Shown: positions 13,401 to 28,197, counted from the stretch's first letter. The stretch: 64,000 nt of DNA from Schmidtea polychroa (GCA_044892525.1 CM097886.1:74214001-74278000); one strand, 5' to 3'. Numbers and translations: made by a program. Notes: generated by a model from the letters alone, not told the origin.

Positions 13401-16400
13401 TTTGGATGATAGGACGAACCATCACTAAAGTCATCACCACTTTCTTCTTCTAACTCTGCTAAGTATTGAGAAATTTCATCCTCATTAGATTTCTTCGTTT
13501 CCATAAATTACTACTTGGATATAAACGACACCTACGAAAAATACTATTGGGACTTTTTTGTCCCAACACTAATAAAATATTAAATATTTGTATATATTCA
13601 AAAAAACTTTATGGATATTTAATAATATATCGTTGATTTGAACTTACCTCGACATATTGGAAAACTTTTTTTTAATTTTATCACTGAAATTAATGAAATA
13701 ATACATTAAATGTTTGCACAGTCACACCTCTATCACACTACAATTGACACTGAACAGGCACGAACCTGTTGATACACTACAAGTACTGTACTACCAACTC
13801 AACAACATTCGCAGAATACCATAAACTACTGGAACACACATATTACATTGAATTTGAGATAAAGATGACATAGAAATAATTTTTCAAAAATGTTTGGGAT
13901 ATAAAATATCCCAGGAGTGTTGTAAGGGTTAATTAAAATAAGGTGCTACACAATATTAAACCTCAAAAACGACAATCTCTTTTTATATTTTATATTGGAA
14001 CTATTAATATTAAGCTAATTATAAATAATTTCAAAACTGAAACTTAGTAATTTATTAAAACATTAATTAATTAGAAATTTATAACCGTAGCGAAGCACGG
14101 GAATACGGCTAGTAATAAACAATTAAAAAATTACATTCATTTGAGTTCTTAATATCTGCAATTATTCCAATTTCAACCTTGTTCTATTGGAAGTTTGATT
14201 GTTAACCATTGCCTTGTATATAAGGCGAAAATTCAAATCAATAAGTTAAATTTATTTAAAATAGGTCTATAATGTTCAGCATAATATAAAAATAATAGAT
14301 TATTCAATAAAAAAGTCCATTTTGTGATAACATGAATTAAAAATGACTTCTTGTCGATTACATTTTAAAAATATTGTCAAATATTAAATAATATTTATTG
14401 ATAAAGTTTATAGTAAATTAATTTTCATAATCATAATTTAATCCTTAGGAAACTACAGAGGATGAGAGTAAATCATTTACATTAGTGAAGAAACATAGTT
14501 ATTCTCACGACAAAGATGCTTTATCACAGTCTATGAATACAAAAACTAAAGCCAAATCCAAAAATCCAAATTCACTGACATCTGCCAACCCGACTAAAAA
14601 AGATCAACAAAAACAGAAAAAACAAATCACTGGAATAATGAAAACATTTTCATTATCAACAGCAGCTTCGACAGTTTCTTCATCAGTTGTAATGTCTACT
14701 GCAAGTTCGTCTAAATTCTCTCAAGGTGAATTGTCGTTCTATCCTGGTTCCAATGATTTGCAAATAACGACTGGGATATCATCAACGAATTACAGTATTT
14801 CTCCTGGATCATCACTGATGACATCGAGTGCCATTCTTACTCCACTGACAACTGAAGCTGTCAATGACAATTATCCAACTGATGTCAAATTATCTCTTGA
14901 TACAAATGTAAGCTGAGATTGATTAATTATTTTTATATTAATTTTTTTTAAACTTTTTATTTAAATTTTTAATTTTCATAGATTTTTAGACNNNNNNNNN
15001 NNNNNNNNNNNNNNNNNNNNNNNNNNNNNNNNNNNNNNNNNNNNNNNNNNNNNNNNNNNNNNNNNNNNNNNNNNNNNNNNNNNNNNNNNNNNNNNNNNNN
15101 NNNNNNNNNNNNNNNNNNNNNNNNNNNNNNNNNNNNNNNNNNNNNNNNNNNNNNNNNNNNNNNNNNNNNNNNNNNNNNNNNNNNNNNNNNNNNNNNNNNN
15201 NNNNNNNNNNNNNNNNNNNNNATTTCCTTAAAAATTATTGATAATTTACACAATTTAATCGATTTTTTTATGTTTAACCGTTAGACTGCGGAGAGTCAAT
15301 AAATTGACGCGTAATATGTCTCTCAAAACCATTTCAGCAGCGTAACGGTTAAACTGATTTTAATAATTTGGACTAATTCTTAGATGTAAAAACTACAATA
15401 ATAAACTGCACCCATTCCCCAATTTAGATTGTAAATTCGTTACGCAGAAAACCGTGTTAATCTAAATTGGGATTTTTGTTTGAAAAATCATGTAAATTGA
15501 AAAAATATAAAAACTTTCAAAAAATAATTTTGTACATCACAAATAAGATAAACAATCATTTCAAAAATTTATTCACTATCATCAGTATCACAAAAAATAA
15601 TTCTTTTCTTCTTGGTTGGTTGATTATCACTTTTATCATTGGAAATCGTTTGTGGTGATTGTGCTTCGATGATTGATAGATTTTGGACAACTCTACTCTA
15701 GGAGACTTGAGCATAAAATTCTTAATTAACAACTGATTTTTTCTGAAATTTTTGTATAATTCCTCATACAAATTCCTCATATTTCGCTGAAATCGGAAAG
15801 CCCATTCTAAGTTTGGATCATATTGTTGAAAATAATTACTCAATTTTCGGCCTAATTCAAGTCCTTCACAATATCTTTGATGTAAATACAACCGGTTCAT
15901 TCTCCCCATAAGTATCGCTTTTAGAATCATTTGCATTGATGTTCACTAAATCATGTTCACTAAATCATCCCTGTCAACTCTTGATCTTTTGTTAGTTCAA
16001 GAATATCTGCCTCTTTCAAGTCCTCAAAACCTTCACCTCTAACTAAATGTACCATTTATACTATTTTAGAATATTCAGACTCCAATTATACATTAGAAAT
16101 ATCACTATAAACAACTATATGGCCATGCATTAAGCATAGAATTTTTAATGTCGGAATCTGATATTGCAAAATATTTATTCTTAATTCTTCCATAAATTTG
16201 AAATGCCTTATGTGTGATAGCGTTTGTATCAATAGGCATATACTTTTGAGTTCTATCTTCAATCCATATCATTAGTACTTTCTCCAATTATCTATTGCAA
16301 TATCCTTTAAGCATTTTGTTATTTGGTATCAGTTCCAGCTGCTATAATTGGCCTAATTCATAACATATGACTTTGCAACCTCTGTTAATCTGTTAGATGG

Positions 16401-18875
16401 TTTTTGTAAAATATTTTGACTTCATCGTTGAAAAACTCTCCTATATAGGGTGGAAGGTATTTAAACACAATATTATTTGCATTTAAATACATTTGAACGT
16501 TATTAGAGTGGTGAGTCTTAAGACTATCAGACTATAAGAACCTGGTCTGTTGAATTTCGAAAATAAGGAGCAATCTTTTCACGTTTAAATTCAATAAATA
16601 ATTCGCCGTTATAAGCTCCAGTTTTTTTGTTATATTTAATGATCTCGTTTCTTTTTTGTTCCACTGTCTCCAGGTATGGTAAAATATGATTTTGTAGTGC
16701 TCGATGAATACCCATAGTGACAGTAGATATTCTGATTAAATACTTTTTTCCAGACATTTCAATTTTCTCAGTTCTCTGGATATGATCGACCTTGAAATGT
16801 TAAGTGTTTTTAATTTATCAACTTTGCCTTAGGCTCTAATTATACCATAGAATTATTACAGGACATGGCGTTGTATATAATTTGCTAATGCTTCAACTTT
16901 AATGATACAGAGACAATCATTTATTCATGTAGTTTTTTCGAATATTTTGCTGACGGATTTTTTTATAATACGCTTTATTATCCATCTATTCTACGTGTAC
17001 AGTGTTTAAACAATATTAAATATATTTTCTGATTTCGCATTTCTGTTTTTTCTAGACATTATTGAGGGAAAAATTGTGTAATAAAGGTGTAAAATATTTA
17101 ATAATCTAGAGATACAAACATGTTAATAAGATAATACACAACCCTGTAATATAATAATATTCACCAGAAATCAGTGCTGTAACTAGCTAAGATAAGTTTA
17201 GTAAATCCTTACAGGTATAGGTCATAAGAGGCTTTGAAAAATATTTTATTTATTTTATTGTTAATTAATCAATCTTTTATTTAATAGAAGCTTTATTGCA
17301 CAAAACACATGCAAAACTAGTTACGACTCTGAAAGCAATTGCTGGTTAATATTAATATCTCCAGGGACTAATACTTCTGGTATTTAGGGATAATTTTGTT
17401 TTGGTTCCTGTAATTTATGTGGTTTCCATAATCCTTATTACAATTGTAAGTAAATCAGTTTGGGATTATTTTCAAACAATTATTATCATACAAAAGTTGA
17501 AAGACATTTACCGCAATTACATTGTGCAGTATTATCATTTAGTAAATATTTTATTTCTTTTTAGGCTTTCATTGCAGTTTCTGACAACATTGACTTCATT
17601 CAGTCAATCACATATGTTTCTTTTATTATTTTTCTTTCATCCTACACAAATATTCTGTAAGAGATTCAATATTTTATCATCAATATCTATAAGAGTTTTA
17701 CATATTTTTTTAAAAACAAATTTTCGCATTTTAAACCCAATAATAATTCAATTATGCAAAAAATGAAATTTTCTCATATTAGAAATAGTACCTTGTTACA
17801 TCAAAGTTTCTCTTAAACATCATTTTTATTTCTAAACATTTTTTATTCACTTCTTGTATTAAATTATAAGGAAATCTAAGGGTGCGTTATTAGTCAGATC
17901 AAATTACTGAGCTACATTTGAACCGATCAATTAAACGGGATTAAATGAACCAAAAATATCAAGGGCAAAATTAATAGCTGCACTTTTATTTTGCACGATG
18001 AAAGTTTTTTTGATTTTTATTTTCACTATTGATCGAAAATAGTTTTAAAAGGTTTTGCAATGATTATCGGTCAATAAAATTCTTAAGGGAAACCACAAAT
18101 CTCCTAGTTATTTATTGACCCCTGATAAAGGCAGTGCCGTGAATTTGTTGTCATACATAAGGATTTTATTTATTGACAGTCATAAGAATACTTTTCTTTG
18201 ATAAATTGATAAAGCGACATGACAGTTAATACTGATCTATATAATTTCTGTGGGCACCATGAAAATTTGGTGAAATGTTCCCAGGAAGTCGGAGTGAATA
18301 TATAGTATATATTATTTCCAGCTTATGGTGTCATAATTTATTTAATATGGATTGGTATGATTTCAGTTTTCAATTTTGCATGATTAAAATTCATTGACTG
18401 AATCAAAAATCTAGATATGCTAATTGACATTTATATTTTTATCAGTATTTTACTCAAATTTTGTATTGATTTTGTGCTTTTTTATTGTTGGACTTTTGAT
18501 AAAACGAAGTGCAAAATTAAATAAATTTATCATATGATTCTTGAGTTTAATTTTTTCACTGGTATATTAAACCGGTGTTTTTAAAATTTTCAAATTTCTT
18601 TTACATATTTTCCTAAACTCCTCTTATACTCTATATCTTTTCTACCAAATCAGTACTGATAAATATTTTGTCCTCAAATATAAGAAAAATAAAAATTATG
18701 ATATAGTACAGGGGTCTCAAACACGCGGCCCGCTGCGTTACATTTGGCGGCCCGCAACGAAAAAACATAAATTTGTAATTTAACCAAACTTATTTAACAA
18801 TTAAAATCATAATTGGCTGTATAAATTAAAACTTATCTTTTTAATTATTTTTATTTATACATATGACGTTATACA

Positions 18876-18949
<74 letters not shown>

Positions 18950-21900
18950 TTAATAATAAAAAAATGTTTTTTAGTTTTTTTGAGTTTTTAATTAAATAAT
19001 TATTAACGTCGGAGTTTCAGACTCCACATGTTCTGAAAAACAATTATTTATGTTGCGGCCCGCCGGCTCATAATACTAGTCTAATGCGGCCCGCAGGCCA
19101 GTTTGAGTTTGAAACCCCTGATATAGTACATAATTTAGCTTATTCAGATTTCCCACCAGAATCTTGTAAACAATGGCTTATATATTACACAGGATTTATT
19201 CAATGGACTTCATAAGCCGTTCTTGGTGTACTTTTAGAAATCTGTTTGAAATAATTTTAGTAGCAGATAAACTTAAGGAAAGAATTAGTCGGAATAAAAT
19301 TTTATGAAAAGTCAAAATCAATAAGTGGGAAAATCCAGCTAGTTATTTTTTTATAACAATAGGAAGACAAAATAACAATAGATTCAAATTATTTTTATAG
19401 GCCTTCGTTTGTCAAGCGACTCCCCACAACCGTCAAGTTTCCTTACTTAATCCGTCTCTGAATTGAAATATTTTCATTTCTATAACTAATTACATTTTAC
19501 TGGTTTCTAAAAATTAATTAAAGTTTCCCAAAATCACATTTAATATTATTTACTGGTGAAGTAGAAAATCATTATAGTTTTCAAATTTGAAATTATTTTT
19601 CTGTTTTTTGTCATTGAAATTCGTTCGTTTTTTTTCATAGAGAGGAGAATTAGTAAATTTGATTAATTTGGTTTGAGCTATTGGTGTGATTTTACCATGA
19701 AATTCAAATCTTTTACTTTTATTGAATTGAAAAGTGAAAATAAATTCTATGATGATAAACTTTAAATTTTTTTTGTTATTTTGATTTTTTTTATAAGAAT
19801 GGTTTTTTTGTTTAAAATAAAAAAAAATTGCTTCAAATGNNNNNNNNNNNNNNNNNNNNNNNNNNNNNNNNNNNNNNNNNNNNNNNNNNNNNNNNNNNNN
19901 NNNNNNNNNNNNNNNNNNNNNNNNNNNNNNNNNNNNNNNNNNNNNNNNNNNNNNNNNNNNNNNNNNNNNNNNNNNNNNNNNNNNNNNNNNNNNNNNNNNN
20001 NNNNNNNNNNNNNNNNNNNNNNNNNNNNNNNNNNNNNNNNNNNNNNNNNNNNNNNNNNNNNNNNTTGTTGAAAGGATTAAGTTTTTGTATATTTTGCATG
20101 GTATGTAACTATATTATTGTTTGTGTTGAAAATGCATAATAGAATGGTCGACCTCAACGACGTAGTCGCCAAAGGTCGTCAAGTATTCCTCATGAAATGT
20201 CAGTGAATTCCATAAACAGAAACTATGAATCAGACTCCAGTGTGAACAACGTAATATTTACGAAACACAATTTTAATAAAACGATGTTGTTTGAGGTAAG
20301 TTTTATAAATGGCATGGTGGCTTTCAATTTATCCTAAACCGGCTTATTATTTCAGTTAGTTGTGTAATGTGTTTTTCAGCTATGGTGTTCATAGATTGTA
20401 TTTTGATGTCTGTAGGGCGCTGTAATAATTGGCTAATCTATTTCAATATTAGTTTTAATGAAAATGCATAGTATATCTTTTATGATTTAACGCTTAACAT
20501 AAAATACAACATTATTTATACAATGTTTTATGTTTTATGCATAGTTTTCCAAATTATTGATTGTGCATTATTTTTTTCAGTTTGTTAATAAATGATTAAC
20601 AAAAAACCAAATTCTTTGATCATTAAAATATATTTATTTAATCAATAACCCTGACATCCTTTTATCATAAGTAGTTTTTATCTTTTTAGTTAACACTAAT
20701 TTAACGTTAGAAATACACAGGGCCATACTATTTTTTATATAAATATTGCATTGTGATTTATTCAGAAAGACCCTGTCTACTTTCATTCCAACAATACCAG
20801 ACATATTCATAGGGTGAACCACCATTCAGGTTCAAATTTTATTAACTATTATCCTTGTTCTTTCAATAAAGACTTTAATTTTTATAGTTGATAGAAAATT
20901 GTTAATATTTATTATTAATTAACATTAGATTATTATTTTAACACAAATTTTCGGCATTTAAAATGGACCTAACTTTCTATTTTTCATTTTTTTGCTAAAT
21001 TGCTCGGACATAGATTTCAAATGCCGACAATATTTTCCTGTCTAAAGTTCTGTTAAATATTTCGTTAAAGATTTTATTAGTCCATTTCAAATGTTCAATA
21101 GATTGGTGTACCTCTGATATACTTTATCATCTCTCTTCCAAAGCCTTATTAATAAAAATTTTAAAATCATCTCTAGTCATGCAAAGAATTCAATGTCAAA
21201 TTTGAACGGATCATTTATAATATAAATATAAGTTATAATAGGTCATTTATTTAACAGTTTCAAGGTCACATTATGTTCCATTTTGACGATTTTATTTTTG
21301 GTTTCATGAGAAAAAATTTCAATTTTCATCAAGAAATGAAGATCTTGTAAACCACTTGTTCAGAATCACTTGCTTAGTTAAACATTTTTTAATAAAAATT
21401 ATACATTAATATCAAATTCTTTTTTATCTTTTTTTATTATTGATCTTTTGACATTGAATAACAAAAATTTCTATTTTTGATAAATGGTAAAAATGATAAT
21501 TAAAATACATTTTTCTCTTATTTCAATTTCAAATTATTTAATGCATTATACAAAACTGTCAAGATTTTACAATTTTTCAACGTTCTTTGAATTTTCTAAA
21601 TTCTTTAAATAATTTCTAAATTTATGTGAATTTGCATTGACTTTTTAACATTTTTTTCCATAGGCATTCATTATTATTGATTAATATTGATTAATACTGA
21701 TTAATATTGAGAAAATGTCTACTCAATTAAATTACTTAATTTCATTTTGAAGAGAAATATCTACATTTAAAAGGCGCGAGTTAATTGATTATATTTTATT
21801 CCCAAAAAAATTTTGCTAATTTCTGTAAAAGTTTAACATTGATAATTAGAAAAATTATGAAATTAATTTATGCTATAAAAACTTTAATAATAATAATAAT

Positions 21901-22157
21901 ATTAAAAACTTTAAACAAGTAAATGATAATATAATCATTTTTTGCTGCAAAGTATATAATATATAAAATGAAATAATTTTTGATTTTAAAAATAATCTTT
22001 ATCAATTGACAAGGATTATTTTTATAATCGATAATTATTTCATTTTATTCAATATATACTTTGCAGCAAATGAGTTATATTATATTATCATTTACTTGTT
22101 TAACATTTAATTAATACTGCTAACAAGAAATAATCATTTTTAATAATAATAATAATA

Positions 22158-22214
<57 letters not shown>

Positions 22215-25200
22215 TTCAAAGAAAACTTTTCAGCAAACGATGTTTATTAAATATTTTTTGTATTTAACCACTTGAAACGCTAAATTATTTTAGAATCATT
22301 TATATTAATTTTGCCGGTGTTGAATGTATGTAGAACACAACATTTGCGAGGGCTAATTAACCACTTGCCGGGCGATTTTTTTTATGTTTTCGGTCAAAAA
22401 AAACTATTTTTTTTAATTTTCCGAGTTTGTATTCACTATTTTTTTCTATATGAGTTTGCGCTCACATGTGAGCGCTCGCCCGAAATGGTACATTTTTTGC
22501 ACTTATTTGAGCGCGCGCTCGGCAAGTGGTTAAGCCACTTCCAGTCATCCAAGCGAGCTGAAATTTGGTGTATAGACACACACACAAACATACTAACACA
22601 CTGAAGTCCTATTTACAGTGCTAAAACCTAAAATGTTAACGTTTTTTTGAATTTTGTACTTGGTCTCGACAGATTTTGTGTCTGAAGTCAAAAAAATCAG
22701 AGCGAGAATGGATTTGAATAGAATTTGAGACCATGAGATTTTGCATATAAGGGATTTATACTAAAAACTGTATTTTTATATGTTGATTTTTTAAGTTTAA
22801 CCAGTAATTTGTTCGATGAATCACATTAATCATTGATTTTGAGGCCAAAGCCTTACTGCTCATATCTAAATTAGTATGGGAATTTAGTTATATGCAGCTT
22901 TACCATAAATGTTTATTTAAAAATTTACTGACTGTCAAATTGATAAATTATTCATTTGTTACATGATAAAACCAAGGCATATATTTCCAATAAATCTAGT
23001 TAGATCTCTAAATTCCATGGAAAGTCTTTCCACATTCCGTATATTTTTATCAGGCTATCATTTGTTTAGAACTTGAGACAGTTTCATACACATTACCATT
23101 TTTCAAAAATAAAGATTTTTAAGAAGAAAAGTACTGATTATTTCTTTTAGATAGGCGACAGGCATCCTTACATTATGGGGAGGGGGAGTTGGAGATTATT
23201 GAATTAATAAGCCTAAGTTTATATTTACATGATAAATAATTTGGTAATTCTTGCAGTGCTCTATCTCGAATAATTATTATGAGGAAGTTTTATGATGAAG
23301 AAATTTTTAAATTGAAAATTTTAAAAATTAAAGTTTAGATTAATTTTTAAAAAAACAAAATAAGAAGATATTTTAATTAAAAATATCTTCGTAGAAAATT
23401 TGTTTAAATAAGGAAGTTTAAAGAAGATATAATTTGATTTTGATATTTACTGAAATAAAATTTATGGAAACAAAAACTGATTTTAATGTTTTACAGGATG
23501 AACCTCCTAATAATTATAATCCTTAATAGATTATTGTTTCAGTGCTTGCATTAATTAATATTATCTAATAAATGTATTTAGCCTCGGCCAGAATTAGTGG
23601 AACTAGTCAATGAATATTTATCTACCCACAGTGAATCTTTAGAAGTAATCTATATAATCAATTTATCAGATTTTGGTGGAAAAGTAAGTCGATGCCATTT
23701 TCAATATTTTTATTGGTTTATTAGAAAATCATAAATTTGATATAATTTCTTTGAATTTAGATAAATTCATTTATTCTTTTATTTTATTTCTTTCTAGTCG
23801 GAAAATGTTTTATTGTTAATCATTAATAATGTGCAAAACAGTTGAAATATTTTCCGGTTAGGATTATCTAGGTAACATTTTCCAACGGTTAGAGTCTAAC
23901 CCAATCAACATGTGAATAATAAAGTATAATTTTATCTCTATATTATTTCAATCATAGTCTCATACTATATTTTTTGGTTCACATTTGATCTGTTTTTTCT
24001 TTAGAATTTCATTTCTCTTTATTTAGTTTTCTATTATTGAAAAAACATTAAAACAAAATGAAAATCTATTTTTAATGTTAATTTATTGATTATATTGATT
24101 ATATTGTGAAATAGTGCTATTTTAATGCATCCCGACATTGTAGTCCTTTGGAATAATTTTTGTATTCTGTTAGTCCATTAATTAAGTTATAAAAATAAAT
24201 TATTGTAAACAATACAAGTGTCCATAAGTCTATTATATCAACACCCTTTGTTTTAATTACAAACCCAAATATTCTATTAATCTTTAATCTTTTATTGCTA
24301 AAAGTCAACGTAAATCTATTCTGGGTATTTGTTATTTATTATTCATATTAAATATTAAATGACTGATTTGACCAAAAATTAATATTGTTTCTATTGGGAA
24401 TTTTTTAAAAAAAATAATCTTTCTTTGAAATATTTGTAATACTATGAGTAAATTTCACTAGATTAAAGGATTAATTAGTAAAGAGTGACAGTAACTGTGG
24501 GATTTATCTGTCTTATAAATCCCAATCAAACATTTACAGACAATTTTGCAGTATGAAATTTGCAACAAGCATGTTTAGATAAAAGCAAAATTATTAGAAA
24601 ATGTTGTTTGGGTTATTGAAAAAAAGTAATGAAAATTCTATGACCCATGTTAGTTGTTATACTTTTACTATTTATAACATCCACAATTAAATACTAATAT
24701 TTATTAAATTCAAAATCAATGAAATTTATACCCAATATGTAAACAAATCTTCACGAGGAATTTTATTCAACGTCGAGATATGTAAGCATAAGGAATTTGC
24801 ATAACACACCAATCCACAACATACATTCATTTAATATTTTATGGTACTTTTATTTATTTAATTAATTAGTTAAATTATATTCTTAAAACATGTCAAATAA
24901 ATCAAAGTCTAGAATTTTCTAATATCTATTTTATGACATAACAGAACATGAAATATGAGACATGTTTCAGGCATACATTAATATACACAGACGCATAAAA
25001 CCATTTACAATAATTATTAATTAGGTAATTTAATTATTAAATTACTTATGCAACACATATGAGCTGATGAGTGTTTATCATAACATTATAGTCAGTTGAC
25101 TTCATATTCTTAGAATTCCGTCAAAGTGTTCACATTCCTAATGTATACCATTTAGTACAGCTTCGTTGTTAGCTAATAATGGAAAGCTCTAATATTCCGT

Positions 25201-28153
25201 ACATTTCTATCCAAAAGTCATCTTTCAAATAATATATTTGCTGACTGTATTTCATTTTATGCTTTATCTTATGTAAGGCATTTTGAGGTAGCGTGAATAG
25301 ATATTGTAAGCTGTACATTTTGCTAGCCGTTAATTATCCTATAATGATATAGAGAACAAAAATTTAGATCTATCGGTGCAAAGAATGAATTTTATTCATA
25401 AGAAAATAAGAAAGTTAGAGGTCATATGATACGTGGTATTAATAAAAAGTTATAAGATTCATACATAAATATAAATGGCACGGTAATGAAACTTTGTATT
25501 TACAACAAATTAACTATATAGGTAAAGGTACAGATTTATTTTTCTATGTAACTACTTTCTATCTCCAGCACTTCACCAAGCGCTTTACCAGTTAAAAGAG
25601 ACCGTTTTTGAAGAAAGTGACATCCTTTCTTTTTTGAGGAAATTTTGCACTGGTATCGTGACATCTTTTATCAACTCAATTCTCTGCCATCGCAAATACT
25701 TCTCCAAGTGATTAAAGAAGAAAAATTACTGATAGCCAAATCAGGGCTATACAAAGCCTTTTTTGGCAATTGTATCTACTCATCTGAGTTATGTGAACTG
25801 GAATTTTTTGTTTTTTTATCATCTATGATTTTGTGTCGATTTTTTAAACTCAATTTTTCACCGCTATCATTTTCGTAATCATGTAAGTGCGTTCACTAAA
25901 AGTAAGCTTTCATACTCATGCTGTGGTCATACATCCTGGCTATTCCAGGTCACAACCATAAAAAGAAGTTTCATGCACTTTTCCCACCATATTATTTATT
26001 TGTGTATCAAGCAACATTAAATATAATACTCAAAATTTATTCGATGAAGAATAAATAATTCTGCATGATTAATGTTTTTAAAGTAGTAAGTATTCTAGTC
26101 GATTTGTTATAATATAATAAAATTAAAAATATATTTAAATACAAGAGTTAACGGAATATGTATCCATCAACACTTTACTTGCATTTGGTTCATCATATCT
26201 ATGTAAGTTGGCATTTTCAACTTTTACAGAATTAAAGTCTAAATAAAAGGAAAGGTTATTGGTAGTTGGAAGATGAAATACGTGTCTGTTTATCAAAAAT
26301 CGAACCAAGGATAAATCAAATTTGTCAAGAAAAACATTTTTTCATTGAAAATCAAAATCAAAACTAAAAATTCTTGCGTATATAAAAAAATATAAAAATG
26401 TGTCTTCATAAAAAAAAGTTTGCCGATTACTGCTTTACGCCTTCATAATAATATTGTTATTATTAATCATAATTATTTAGAAAATTTAAAATTTATAACT
26501 AAATGTTTATTTATTTATTTCAGCATGTCACAGATTTATTCACTAAAGAACACATAGCCCATATTGCCGTTGCCTCTTTTGCTGACACAAAATTTGCTTT
26601 GACACAGATCATAAACAGAATCAGAAAAAGGTAATTTCTTAATATTTTGTATATTTTTATTATTAATGTAAAGTTTTGCATTGTCTATGATGAAATTCTG
26701 CATTTTTTTAAAAATAATTTTTAATTGACAAAAAAATATTTTTATTTCTATTTTAATTATTCAATACTAGACTGAATTTTTGGAACTGGCTTTTTCAAGT
26801 GTTATTTAACTTATTAATGGCCGAAACTCAACAATGATGTTTATTTGAAAAATAATGATTGTTCCAATCTTTTACAGTCTTTAGAAGAGTATTGTATGAA
26901 TTAAAGCTTTATCGTAATTATATTTGTGTTTGAAAACAACCGTTTCATTTTTGGGACATTGGCCACTAGTCATAAGAAATAAAATAATACATTAGGGTTA
27001 AAAATAGAGAATATGAAATATCCTTTAATGTATACAAAGGTGGACATACATTTTCTGAAAAATAATAAAAAATAATTGCATTTATAATAAAATCCCATTG
27101 AAAATAATAATTTGAAATAAATCTTGAAATCTTTTTTTTTGGTATAAAGTTTCAAAACAGGGATTATGAAAAGGAACATCTACTGCAAATTCCTTTTATT
27201 TTCTTCTTATACTGAGTCTAGATAATTTTTACAAAATGATTCCGACAATCGTTCATCACTTTATATCGACTTTCACTTACTCTTCTTTTAATACAAATGC
27301 TGTGTTTTACGCTGCTATTTTGTTGAATTTCAATCTTGATGGAAACAATGTTTTATAACACTAGAATGTAGAGAGATTATCTTATTCTCAAATAATTTAA
27401 TTTGAACCTTGATAAAATTAGATTTGAAGTTTAGCACTTTCTTTAGGATTCATTATCACTAGAAGACTATTGGGTAAGAAACAATCATGACTTTAACTGG
27501 TAATTTTTTCTTCTATTTCACAATGGTATTTCTCTATCAAAAATCAGATTTTTAGTAAGCGATATCGTGCACTTAGATAAATGAACTGATTGCGCATAAT
27601 ATAGATAAGTTTAACTTGAAGCAATATAAATCTCCGAACGCATTACAAATGTTTCTTTATAAATGAAATATCCTTTGAAGAAAATAAAAATCAACTTCAT
27701 CACTTCTATTATCTATTTGCTCAGTTATCGACTGTTAGTCTTCTATCATTAATAAATTGAACTGTTATTCTTTTTATAGCCAAATGTTTTTTTATTATGA
27801 TCATAAATAATATAGAAATTTTGTAATTATATTATATTAATTACAATCACGCTTTGTTTTCTAATACGTTTTTAACATTTAAATTATTAAAAGTACTTTA
27901 CTACCCGTCACACATTGGTGGTGCTTAAAATGTAAATATTCATAAATAATTCCTAATATGATTGATGAAAATAATGTATATAATTCATTATGATAAACAT
28001 TTTTCAACGATAATCATCATACGATAGATGTTGACATTTTGCTTGATGGGAATTATGATAATTTCCCATTTCTCTGCTAATATGATTTGGAAAATATCAT
28101 TGTATGAATAAATATTTACATCGATGAGTTTCATAATATTTAATAAATATAAT

Positions 28154-28197
<44 letters not shown>

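Larger units (their letters stand above)
9815..14112 (+). mobile_element. Internally deleted Helitron containing an ASF1 copy and nested insertions (5' end approximate)
   Basis: Helitron-like 5' region (atatataaaactc...gttggtttgtttg) near 9815-9910, PIF1-helicase remnant at 10118-10440, canonical 3' end CCGTAGCGAAGCACGG-8 nt-CTAG|T at 14085-14113. That both ends belong to one element is inferred. Confidence 0.65.

Noticed and set aside
10643-13928. Composite piggyBac transposon carrying ASF1 between the MITE and the full element
   Set aside because: The outer TIRs belong to different families and each element has its own TTAA pair, so independent insertions explain it better.
14969-15253. 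ORF-track entries spanning N runs (also 19781-20139 and 63393-63633)
   Set aside because: Artefacts of assembly gaps.
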